Below the pieces are notes generated by a model, which was not told the DNA's origin, ran no database searches, and worked only from the letters and a program-made list of their open reading frames with translations. Position numbers and translations under genes: made by a program. This document shows, in pieces, positions 1-10,740 of a DNA stretch of 64,000 bases (positions within the stretch are counted from its first letter, which is position 1; every line of letters starts with the position of its first letter). The DNA is from Selaginella moellendorffii. Its lineage: Eukaryota; Plantae; Lycopodiophyta. The stretch spans positions 2,838,291 through 2,902,290 of the forward strand of contig NW_003314273.1 in the NCBI RefSeq assembly GCF_000143415.4, in the 5' to 3' direction.

Positions 1-374
1 TTGCGGATGTAAGCACCGCCGCGGAGGCAGCGAGGGATCTCGCCAGTGACTCGGCGGCACGGCGTTGGCGGGAACTCTCCAACCGGCGCGAAATTGTCCG
101 CGAGCTAGATCTGGGGGTCTTGCGAGGGAGGAAACCCGCGAAGATCAATGTACATGGAGATGAAATTCTCCACCGTGTCGCACAGGGCTACCCCGCGCCT
201 CTTCGATCGGATTGGGGATTGAGAATCCAAGGGTATTGATATACTTGCGAGAGGAATTGGTAGTCGTGGCTGTGATCCTCGATGATCTTCTCCTGGGTAG
301 AGCAGGAAAGGAGAAGTTGGTAAGGCTATAACCAATATCAATGCCAGCTGTGGCATGCATTGAGACACAATCAA
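1..374 (-). pseudogene. CCD/NCED-family carotenoid cleavage dioxygenase, 5' part, with in-frame stop; continues out of the window
   Basis: The frame of ORF 105..374 read through the TAG at 105-107 gives ALCDTVENFISMYID...DPQI*LADNFAPVGEFPPTPCRRVTGEIPRCLRGGAYIRN. This matches the CCD4/NCED N-terminal motif (DP..Q.AGNFAPV.E.P...G.Y.RNGPNP). TAG sits where CAG is expected. Confidence 0.85.
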
Positions 375-416
375 CGACTAAGAACAGTGCCATTGGCATA
401 CATACATTGGTCTCTC

Positions 417-2518
417 CAATCGAATTTCAGAGCTATGGATTGGGCCACACGCCTCGCATAGATAAGATCATATTGTAGGGCTGAGGTGGAGAATGTTACT
501 AGCTACTTGGGATGTGGGGACAATCAGAGGTTGGAAACAATGCGCGTGAGACCAATAATTGTGTGTCGGTATGCTTTTTGGAGGGGATGAAGACTATAGA
601 AACATCATGTAAAGGTAGGGTCCCATGCTTCTTAGACGGGTACGAGTGGACCAAAAACAAAGCTAGCTATATTCAATCTAGATTCATGTCTCCTAACGCA
701 CCACCACACATCTCTGCTTTAGAATAATGTAATTTAGGTGGTCATGCGTTCGCAAGCGAGGTTTTGCTGGATGGAATAAAGGACCGTATCAAATTTCGGC
801 AGTGGGAGATTATTTGGCGTCCAATTTGGTGGTGCAATGTATATGAGGTGTGGATGCCCATAGGTGGCAGGACAAGTCTTTTGCGGCTCTAGATTGAGGA
901 ATTGAATGTCACCAAGCAACTGGTTGATTGAATGCCCGAGTGGGACGAGCATGACCACTGCCCTTCTCTCGGTATGGACTCCTCCGACAAGCAGAAGACG
1001 TTCCTGATTATGCCAGTAACAGGCATTTGGATAAAAAGCAACGAGCTAATGCCAGAAAGGAGCACGATTATGTAGGGATATGGTCTTGTTTCTTGCCCTG
1101 GTTTGCTCTTATTACAGCTGGAAAAGTTAAAGCATCGAATGTGTGAAACGACGATGTGAACTGCCATGCTGACAGCATGTAAACAACCAAAGGTTAGAGG
1201 GGTGAAAAAAGGCTGGATCACAGCGTGATCGGCATACGCCCGGAATGGGCATATGGTTTTGCTAAGAGAATATTTGGATGCGAATTTTAGTTTGCTTGAT
1301 GTGCATTGTAACATTTTTTTTTTCTTTCTGAGCAGAATTAAGATAGTTCTGCTGCGATTTGACTAGCAAAGAATTGGCAGCGTGGAACTTTTGCTGTTGT
1401 TCATCATTTTCCTGTGTTTACTCTCTTAAATTTTGGTAACGATCTGCTAAAGGAGAAAAATTTCTGAAGATCCTTCCATAACAGTTTCACGTTTGCAGAA
1501 CTGGCAAACTCTAGCCAATAGAGCATTAGGTATAAACCATGAAATGAAGGGAAGTTTCTTCCACGACAGGTTTCATCCAGACACAAAATATTTGTTGAAG
1601 TCTGAAAGTTCCACGCTGCCAATTCTTCGCTAGTCAAATCGCAGCAGAACTATCTTAATTCTGCTCAGAAAGAGAAAAAAATGCTACAATGCACATCAAG
1701 CAAACTAAAATTCGCATCCAAATGTTCTCTTAGCAAAACGTTATCCGGCCTTTTTTTAACATTCACAGCGCTCCCTCTAACCTTTGGTTCTTTACATGCT
1801 GTCAGCATGGCAGTTCACATTGTCGTTTCACACATTCAATGCTTTAACTTTTCCAGCTGTAATAAGAGCAAACCAGGGCAAGAAACAAGACCATATCCTT
1901 AAATAATCGTGCTCCAGGAGATTAAGCTCCTTTCTGGCATTAGCTCGTTGCTTTATCCAAATGCCTGTTAGTGGCATAACTGCTTGTCGGAGGAATCCAT
2001 ACCGAGAGAAGGCAGTGGTCATGCTCGTCCCACTCGGGCATTCAATCAACCAGCATCATTTCCTGGATCTAGAGCCGCAAAAGACTTGCCATGCCACCTA
2101 TGGGCATCCACGCCTCATATACATTGCACCACCAAATTGGACGCCAAACAATCTCCCGCCACTGAGGGCTTGATCTCATTGTGGCTGGACGTGGGTAAAT
2201 TGGATGTGGTTCTTTATTCCATCCAGCAAAACCTCGTTTGCGAACGCATGACCATCGAAAATTACATTATTCTAAAGCAGAGATGATATTTCGTGTGGGG
2301 GGCGTTAGGAGACATGAATCTAGATTGAATATATCTAGCTTTGTTTTTGGTCCACTCGTGCCCGTCTAGGAAGCATAGGACCTTTACCTTTTCATCCCCT
2401 CCAAGAAGCATGCCGACACACAATTATTGGTCTCACGCGCATTGTTTCCATTCAAGACAGAGTAAGCCCTAAAATATCGATCTTATCTCAAGACCATCAT
2501 AGCTCTAAAATTCGATTG
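417..2518. repeat. Long imperfect inverted repeat: arms about 417-1391 and 1606-2518, spacer about 215 bp; inner arm parts are PPR-gene fragments
   Basis: 1261-1391 is the reverse complement of 1606-1740. The outer ends caatcgaatttcagagctatg (417) and catagctctaaaattcgattg (2498-2518) also match. ORF pairs 889..1314(-)/1681..1902(+) and 734..958(-)/1961..2173(+) give near-identical peptides on opposite strands. Confidence 0.93.
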
Positions 2519-2559
2519 CAGGGATCAATATATTCAGGTATGCCAATTACACAGTTAAT

Positions 2560-4083
2560 TTGGTCGCAATGTCTGGGCCTGATCAATATCTTCGGTGGGA
2601 TGGGATCGATATCAACCAGCGTTGGAGGTTTCGCCGAATCCTGGCTATGTCCGAGGATGATATGCCATATGCCATGAGTATCACCCCAGGAGGGGATTTG
2701 ATCACCATGGGCCGCTACAGCTTCAACAAGCGATTGTTCTTGCTGATGTGCACTCATCCAAAGATCGATCCAATGTCTGGTGAGCTCTTCGCGGTTAGCT
2801 TCAATCCAGTGATCAATCCCCACCTCCGCTACTTCTGGGAGGAAGAGCCCCGATTTCGACGTGTGGCTGCCGGATCCGTGCTTGTTTCACGACTTCACGA
2901 TAACAGAGAACTACGCAATCCTTCCAGAGAATCAGCTCATCCAGGATGTAGTGCTCAAGAACAAACTGGTCATTGATGGAGGTACCGCCAAGGTTCCCAG
3001 ATTCGGGGTGATCCCTTGCATCCCGACTGTTGGATCTTCCGGCGTTTGCTGGATCGATGTCCTGGATTGGACATCATTCCACTACATCAACACGTAGGGA
3101 CGGACAAGATTGTTATGAGTGGTTGTGTTGTATCTGGCTTAGGTCTAAACCAAAAACTTCAGCTATTTTATACCCAACACTGTTCAAAGGGAAGCACAGG
3201 CAAATCAAACAACGAACATAGCCCAGCTACACATACGTACATTCTGGGCCCAACTCATCGGGTGGATCGCACAGAGGTTGGTGTGCTCGAGCAGCTCCGT
3301 GTCCTTCCAGCGAACACACCCAAATCAGACAACGAACACATCCCAGCTCGTCTGGGCCCGGGACCTGAGGAACATCAGCTTCAGCGACGACTTCAGGCCG
3401 GCAGGTTGCAGTCAAGGCGGTCAGAGTGCGGTCAAGGTTCATGCAGGTGACGTTTGGGAGGATGTTTACCGCGCGGCAGACACACAGAAAGTTGTAGTTG
3501 TCGGGGCGATGTCGGGAACAGTGGCAGCGGCAGGGGGCTATGTTCAGGTGGCTCGTCCATTAGGCCGGTGGAACATCTGTTTGACGATATCACCGGATTG
3601 TCCAGCAGATTGCACGAGATCCACCTGGACCTTCGATCTGGACGGTCGTGGAAGAAACACGTGTGCTCGGCTGGACTGGATTTTGGACAGATGAATCAGA
3701 AATTCCTGGGGCGGAAGAATCGGTACGTATACATGTGCTACTATGGCCATGGCTCAAAATCTCAGGCCTGGCCAAGGTCGATCTGGACGCTCCACCGCTG
3801 CCCAGGCGGTAATCGATGGAACAAGTGACCCGGATCTAAACGAGCCATGCGTTGTGGCGTCGAGGAGATTCGAACGTGGTAAGTTTTGTGGTGAATGGCG
3901 AGGAGGAAGACAATGGATACGTCATTTTAAGCTCCGTGCATAATGAGAAAAATGGTGGATGCCAAATCACCCACGCTTGAGATAATGGCTTCTATAGAGT
4001 TGCCTGTTAGAGTTCCATATGGATTCCATGGAATCTTTAGAAATGCCAATCAAATAGCTAACCAAAACCATGCCACCTTCTAA
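2560..4083 (+). pseudogene. CCD/NCED-family dioxygenase pseudogene (frameshifts, stops, internal foreign insertion)
   Basis: Motifs LAMSEDDMPY, HPKIDPMSGELFA, CLFHDFTITENYAI, VPRFGVIP, GLDFGQMNQKFLGRKNRYVY and the terminal IELPVRVPYGFHGIF fall in different frames. TAA at 4081-4083. Confidence 0.9.
3330..3550 (+). pseudogene. Fragment of a VAO/BBE-like FAD-binding oxidoreductase inserted in the CCD pseudogene
   Basis: Peptide SQLVWARDLRNISFSDDFRPAGCSQGGQSAVKVHAGDVWEDVYRAADTQKVVVVGAMSGTVAAAGGYVQ fits the FAD_binding_4 pattern (AV.V.AG..W.dVY.AA......VVG....TVgAAGGy.QGGG). Confidence 0.75.
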
Positions 4084-4125
4084 GAAAATTTGATATAGTT
4101 ATATAATCTCTTGAAAATATCTAAG

Positions 4126-6060
4126 CTATGTAATTATGTGAGAATTGGCAATAAGAACATATGGAGCACTGTTACTAGGCTCCACACTAATGGCATTTTT
4201 CATTGCATCTCCACTCGCTACAGCTCCAAGCAAGCACTTCCAATCCATGGAATCTGGGTAATATGGCATCTCCCACAGAAGATTCTCAGCGTCTTGGATA
4301 TACCTTGACTGGACAAGCACACCAATCATACACAAGTAGTGTTGCTTTGAGGGTTTGATGGAGTGATCAAACTGGAAAGACACAAAGAGATCCCGAGCTA
4401 TGGCAATAGTGCCTTTGTGAGCACACGATGTGAGCAAAGCTGTTAAGCTAGCTCCATCAGGTGTATTAGTAGTGACCATGGTTTGCAAAGCATCCAAGGC
4501 TCTGGAAATGGCCCCAATCCGAGAGTATGCCGCCAGCATTGTGTCCCAAGATATGAGATCCTTGTCCGGCATTGTTAAGAATATCCGATTTGCCATATCC
4601 AGATGCCCGTTTTGGGTATATGCAGAAAGAGTTGCACTCCATGAAGATTGGTTTCTTTCTTGGATTGAATCGAACACACTTTTGACCTGAGCATTTGATG
4701 CAAAACCACACAAGAGAGCATTGAAAGCAATAGCGCTCTTTTCATTGGAGTTGTCAAAAATTCTCTTGGCAAGAAGCATATGTCCACTTCGGGCATATGC
4801 CGACACGAGCACAATCAGTGGTATTTCGCCGTGACCTGGCATTTTTTCAAAAATACACAGGGCGTCCTCTAGCCTGTGGTTGTTTACATATCCTGTCAGC
4901 ATGGCAGTCCAGGTAACCTCGTTTCGCTCCCTCATTCCATCAAAGAGTTTCTTTGCCTTTTCCAGATGCCCGTTGCTAGCATATGCTGTAATGAGAGCGG
5001 TTGCCGGGACTAAATGCTCGCCTTGATCAGGCAGACCTAAATATATGGCTTCGGCGTCGTGAGTCCGTCCTCGCCGAGAATACAAGCGCAGCATTGCAGT
5101 GCAAGCAAACGCGTTGTGGCGCTGCATGTTGTAAAAAATTTGCTGAGCCTCCGCGATGCTGCTGTCGTCGTGATCTGCGTAAGCGGACAGGATTACCGCG
5201 CATGAAACCACATCGGTACACTCCATCGACTCAAACAGATTCTTTGCCTCGTGAAAGCAGCCACTTTCCACCAAGACGACAAGCAAAACCGTGGAGGCAA
5301 CCAAATCCTTGTGAGGCAGCGCGAGGAAGAAACACTTGGCATCTTCCAAAAGCCCGTGCTGGCCAAAGCACTGAATCATGGACGTAAAAGACAGAGCATC
5401 AAATTCTGGCATGTTGGAGAAGATGCCCTTCGCCTCCTGCAAATGCCCAGCCTGGGCAAGTGCTGATAGTTGAGTGTTCCAAGCAACAAGATCTCTCTCA
5501 GGCATGGAGCTAAAGAGTGTCGTTATTTGAAACAAGTTGGTGGATTTGGATAGAATTGTGGTCCAAGAGATGAAGCTCCTTTCTGGCATAAGCTCAAAGA
5601 GCTGCATTGCTTTATCCAAATGCCCGTTTGTGGCATATGCTAAGATCATTGCATTCCATGCTACAAGGCCTCTCTCTCTTATGGAATCGAAAACTTCTTT
5701 TGCCCGTAGGAGTAAGCCATGCCGAGAGAAGGCAGTGATCATGATCGACCATGAAGCAACATCCCATTCGGGCATTCGATCAAACAACTGCTTTGCTTGG
5801 TCAAGGTGGCTGTTTGATGCGAAGGCAGAGAGCATGGCATTCCACGAGAATCGATTCCGTGATGTAGAGCCGCGGAAGATTTGCCATGCTGCCTCTGGGC
5901 ATCCACACCTCCCATACATTCGCACCACCAAATTGCATGCCAAGCAGTCTCCTGCTGCGAGGAGGTGCTCAATCTCATTGTGGAGCTTAGAGGCTGTGGA
6001 TAGATTGGTACACTTCTTTATTGCATCCAACAAAAGCTCTCGACAATCTAGTGTTAACAT
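4126..6060 (-). CDS. PLS-class pentatricopeptide repeat protein with degenerate C-terminal E domain, no DYW (644 aa, intronless)
   Basis: Tandem about 31-aa motifs (WNAMLSAFASNSHLDQAKQLFDRMPEWD and others). Ends HYLCMIGVLVQS...MPYYPDSMDWKCLLGA...EPSNSAPYVLIAN, an E-domain signature. Confidence 0.93.
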   Translation of the reverse strand: MLTLDCRELLLDAIKKCTNLSTASKLHNEIEHLLAAGDCLACNLVVRMYGRCGCPEAAWQIFRGSTSRNRFSWNAMLSAFASNSHLDQAKQLFDRMPEWDVASWSIMITAFSRHGLLLRAKEVFDSIRERGLVAWNAMILAYATNGHLDKAMQLFELMPERSFISWTTILSKSTNLFQITTLFSSMPERDLVAWNTQLSALAQAGHLQEAKGIFSNMPEFDALSFTSMIQCFGQHGLLEDAKCFFLALPHKDLVASTVLLVVLVESGCFHEAKNLFESMECTDVVSCAVILSAYADHDDSSIAEAQQIFYNMQRHNAFACTAMLRLYSRRGRTHDAEAIYLGLPDQGEHLVPATALITAYASNGHLEKAKKLFDGMRERNEVTWTAMLTGYVNNHRLEDALCIFEKMPGHGEIPLIVLVSAYARSGHMLLAKRIFDNSNEKSAIAFNALLCGFASNAQVKSVFDSIQERNQSSWSATLSAYTQNGHLDMANRIFLTMPDKDLISWDTMLAAYSRIGAISRALDALQTMVTTNTPDGASLTALLTSCAHKGTIAIARDLFVSFQFDHSIKPSKQHYLCMIGVLVQSRYIQDAENLLWEMPYYPDSMDWKCLLGAVASGDAMKNAISVEPSNSAPYVLIANSHIIT

Positions 6061-6659
6061 GGTTCTCTACCATATAATCATGCACAATCTTGGATGGTTC
6101 CTTGGTTGTTGTAGAAACAATCATCAATTCGGAGATTAGTTTCATGATCAACATTACTTTTATCTTTGCACTTCGCATAATAGACCACCTTTGGGATGGT
6201 TTCATTGTTATACATGAAACCCATGGGCGTGCAAAGAAAATTTCTTGACGAGTTAATGTTTTAAGAAGGTACTGAGGTGTCTCTAAGAAATTTGCCCCGC
6301 CACACTTTAAATTCCCATTATCATTGTGGATGTGAGTGTTCAAGACCAAATATTAGACACCAGTCTACATGAATAATGGTTGAGCTGAATTCAGCTATAT
6401 GACAAGTAAGTGAGAAATTCCCACATCCAAATGTTTTAGGAATGATCAAAGCAGCAAGCGAGGCAACAATAGAAACTATCAATTGCACACCCATTCTAAA
6501 AATTAGTTTTTTGAAGTACAAACGCTGAGATTTATTGGCAAGTGAAAATCCAATCAACCTTTATGGAGCAAAATTTTTTGCCATGTAGTCCACGTAGGAT
6601 TCGGTGATGAAGTAGCTAAATATTCTTATTGATGAACAAACATATTCGAGAACATTGGG

Positions 6660-7610
6660 GTTGTCAAACATTCTCTTCGCAAAAAGCACACGTCCATTTC
6701 GGGCAAGAGCACAATCTGCTATCACGCTGTGATCAGCATTGTTTCGAACGCTTCCTCCAACTTCTGGTAGTTAACATACCCTGTCAGCATGGCGGTCCAC
6801 GTAACCTCGTCTCGTCATTCATCAAAGAGATTCTTTAGATGTTGCCGGACTAAATGATCGCTTTGATCAGGCAGACCTAAATATATGGCTTCGGCGTCAT
6901 GAGTCCGTTCTTGAGAATACAGCGCAGCATATGCCAATTAAGGACCCTTTTTTATGCCGAGAGATTTTGTTTCTTGGAACTTTCATCTGCCTAAGCTGGG
7001 CATGAAGAACATCTTTTCCAACATGCCAGAATTTGCTCCTTTGTCGTTCACGCCCAGTGCTTTGGCCACCCTCATAAGGATTTGGTTGCGTCCACTGCTT
7101 TTCTTGTCATCTTGGCGGAAAGTGGCTGCTTCACGAGTCCATTGTCTTGTGCTGTGCTTGCGCAGATCACGACGACAGTTGAGGCTGAGCAGAATTTTTA
7201 CAGCATGCAGCGTTTATGTTTAAGAGATTAGCTCCTTTCCGGCATAAGCTCAAAGATGCACTCACACACACACACACACAATTCATGGAATAAAAAACAG
7301 GAGTAAGCCATGCTGAGAGAAGGCAGTGATTGTGATCGACCATGAAGCAAGGTCCCATTCGATCAAACAACTGCTTTGCTTGGTCAAGATGGCTGTTTGA
7401 TGTGGCATGGCATTCCATTCCTCGATCTAGATACTTGCCATGCCGCCTCAGGGCATCCAAACGTCCCATACATTTGCACCAGAAAATTGGATGCCAAACA
7501 ATCTCCTGCCGCAAGGACGTGCTTGATCTCATTGTGAAGCTTACAAGCTGCAGGTAGATTGCTACACGTTTTTATTCCATCCAATAAAACCTCTTGACCA
7601 TACATTGCTC
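6660..7610 (-). pseudogene. Heavily deleted PPR paralog with an internally inverted segment (about 6950-7225 on +)
   Basis: 7384..7605(-) gives LLDGIKTCSNLPAACKLHNEIKHVLAAGDCLASNFLVQMYG, matching the N-terminus of the intact PPR. 6780-6930 matches 4890-5090 in the same orientation, while 6954.. on + gives MPRDFVSWN/IFSNMPEF, i.e. the opposite orientation. Confidence 0.8.
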
Positions 7611-8144
7611 TCTATGAGAAAAAAAGCATATCTGTTGATGCAATCTTGGCTAGTGCCTTGAGATTTGTAGAAACAATCATCGATTCGGAGATTAGTGTCT
7701 TGACCTACACCACCATCGTCTTTGCAGCTTTGGGATTTCCATTTGTAAAATTCAAACATGCATGTCGAAAGTGGGGCTGTAAATTAATACGCGATCGCGA
7801 TCGGTACAGATTCTTCAAACCGTGATGTCACACCGCTTTGCCAGTGGGAATCGCATATTATGTTTGCTAGTACTGAATTTACATTAGTTCTAAGCATAGA
7901 TCCATATAAATTATGGAGAGAATTTTTTGCCTGCAACTAAGAATCTAGTCCCGCCACACTTCAAAACTAGGAACCTTCAAACTTTCCAAGGACACACTGT
8001 TCTACATGACTATTGGTTATATTGAATTCACTTACAAAGCGAAATCCCCCAGAAATGATCCAAGCAGCAAGTCACACAACAATCACTTGTACAACCATTC
8101 TTAAAATTTGGTTTTGAGGCAAGGATAACAATCTCAATCTCGGT

Positions 8145-8599
8145 CATGGAAGCAACATGTGTGCTCGGCGGGACTGGATTTTGGAAAGATCAACCAGAAA
8201 TTCCTGGGGCAGAAGAACCGGTACGTCTACATGCGCTACTATGGGCCATGGCCCAAATTGTCGGGCGTGGCCAAGGTCGATCTGGACCCCACGGCTGTCC
8301 AGTGTGGTAATTGATGGAACAAGTGACCCGGACCTCAAGGAGCCGTGCATTGTGGTGTCAAGGAGATTCGAACGTGGTAAGTTTTGTGGCGAATGGTGAG
8401 GAGAAAGGGGATGGATACGTCTTAAGCTACGTCCATGATGAGAAAAATGGGGTCTCGGAGCTTTTGGTCATAGATGCCAAATCACCCACACTTTGAGACA
8501 GTGGCTTTTCTAGAGTTGCCTGCTGGAGTTCCATATGGATTCCATGGGATCTTTATAAATGCCGATCAAATAGCTAACCAAAACCATGGCACCTTGTGA
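8145..8599 (+). pseudogene. Second CCD 3' fragment (paralog of 3650-4083), frameshifted
   Basis: GDGYVLSYVHDEKNGVSELLVIDAKSPTL and LELPAGVPYGFHGIF lie in different frames. High nucleotide identity to 3650-4083. Confidence 0.88.
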
Positions 8600-8651
8600 G
8601 AAAATTTGATATAGTTGTGAAAATTGATATAATCTTTTGAAAATATTTAAG

Positions 8652-10586
8652 CTATGTAACTATGTGAGAATTGGCAATAAGAACATATGGAGCACTGTTA
8701 CTAGGCTCCACACTAATGGCATTTTTCATTGCATTGTAACTATGTGAGAATTGGCAATAAGAACATATGGAGCACTGTTACTAGGCTCCACACTAATGGC
8801 ATTTTTCATTGCATCTCCACTCGCTACAGCTCCAAGCAAGCACTTCCAATCCATGGAATCTGGGTAGTATGGCATCTCCCACAGAAGATTCTCAGCATCT
8901 TGGATCTGACAAGCACACCAATCATACACGAGTAGTGTTGCTTTGAGGGTTTGATAGAGTGATCAAACTGGAAAGACACAAAGAGATCCCGAGCTATGGC
9001 AACAGTGCCTTTGTGAGCGCACAACGTGAGCAAAGCTGTTAAACTAGCTTCATCAGGTGTATTAGTAGTGACCATGGTTTGCAAGGCATCCAAGGCTCTC
9101 AAAATGGCCCCAATCCAAGAGTATGCTGCCAGCATTGCATCCCAAGGTATGAGATCCTTGTCCGGCATTGTTAAGAATATCCGATTTGCCATATCCAGAT
9201 GCCCGTTTTGGGTATATGCAGAAAGCATTGCACTCCATGAAGATTGGTTTCTCTCTTGGATTGAATCAAACACACTTTTGGCTTCCAGTAACTGAGAATT
9301 TGATGCAAAACCAGACAAGGGAGCATTGAAAGCAATAGCGCTCTTTTCATTGGAGTTGTCAAAAATTCTCTTGGCAAGAAGCATATGTCCACTTCGGGCA
9401 TATGCCGACATGAGCACAATCAGCGGTATCTCGCTGTGACCCGGCATTTTTTCGAAAATCCACAGGGCGTCTTCTATCCTGTGGGTTGTTTACATATCCT
9501 GTCAGCATTGCAGTCCACATAACCTCGTTTCGCTCCTTCATTCCATCAAAGAGTTTCTTTGCAGACCTAAATATATGGCTTCGGTGTCGTGAGTCCGTCC
9601 TCATCGAGAATACAAGCGCAGCATTGCAGTGCAAGCAAACGCGTTGTGGCGCTGCATGGTGTAAAATATTTGCTCAGCCTCCGCGATGCTACTGTCCTCG
9701 TGATCTGCGTAAGCGGACAGGGTTACCGCGCATGAAACCACATCGATACACTCCATCGACTCAAACAGATTCTTTGCCTCGTGAAAGCAGCCACTTTCCG
9801 CCAAGACGACAAGAAAAACCGTGGAGGCAACCAAATCCTTGTGAGGCAGCGCGAGGAAGAAACACTTGGCATCTTCCAAAAGGCCGTGCTGGCCAAAGCA
9901 CTGAATCATGGACGTAAAAGACAGAGCATCAAATTCTGGCATGTTGGAGAAGATGTGCTTCGCCTCCTGCAAATGCCCAGCTTGGGCAAGTGCTGATAGT
10001 TGGGAGTTCCAAGCAACAAGGTCTCTCTCAGGCATGGGGCTGAAGAGTGTCGTTATTTGAAACAATTTGGTGGATTTGGATAGAATTGTGGTCCAAGATA
10101 TTAAGCTCCTTTCTGGCATAAGCTCAAAGAGCTGCATTTCTTTATCCAAATGCCCGTTTGTGGCATATGCTAAGATCATTGCATTCCATGCTACAAGGCC
10201 TCTCTCATGGAATCGAAAACTTCTTTCGCCTGTAGGAGTAAGCCATGCCTAGAGAAGGCAGTGATCATGATTGACCATGAAGCAACATCCCATTCGGGCA
10301 TTCGATCAAACAACTGCTTTGCTTGGTCAAGGTGGCTGTTTGATGCGAAGGCAGAGAGCATGGCATTCCACGAGAATCGATTCCGTGATGTAGAGCCGCA
10401 GAAGATTTGCCATGCTGCTTCTGGGCATCCACACCTCCCATACATTTGCACCACCAAATTGCATGCCAAGCAGTCTCCTACTGCGAGGAGGTGCTCAATC
10501 TCATTGTGGAGCTTAGAGGCTGTGGATAGATTGGTACACTTCTTTATTTCATCCAACAAAAGCTCTCGACAATCTAGTGTTAACAT
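8652..10586 (-). pseudogene. Near-identical duplicate of PPR 4126-6060, broken by frameshifts and deletions
   Basis: Split into ORFs 10191..10655, 9601..10179, 9359..9634, 8824..9447 and 8726..8929. Lesions: CT-repeat contraction near 10205, about 100-bp deletion at 9561, indel near 9480, deletion near 8908. Confidence 0.92.
8655..8814. repeat. Perfect 80-bp tandem duplication at the 3' end of the PPR copy
   Basis: tgtaactatg...tttcattgcat occurs at 8655-8734 and again at 8735-8814. Confidence 0.95.
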
Positions 10587-10740
10587 GGTTCTCTGTTGAA
10601 AAAACCATATAATCATGAACAATCTTGGATGGTTCCTTGGTTGTTGTAGAAACAATCATCAATTCGGAGATTAGTTTCATGATCAACATTACTTTTATCT
10701 TTGCACTTTTGTGGCATACTCTCTCTCTCTCTCTCTCTCT

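Noticed and set aside
105-107. TAG in the CCD as a U-to-C editing site
   Set aside because: This is a nuclear gene in a block where sister CCD copies are clearly pseudogenised, so a simple C>T mutation suffices.
417-2518. Inverted repeat as a MULE/foldback transposon with long TIRs
   Set aside because: The arms are host PPR and CCD-flank sequence, and no target-site duplication or transposase was seen. Not fully excluded.
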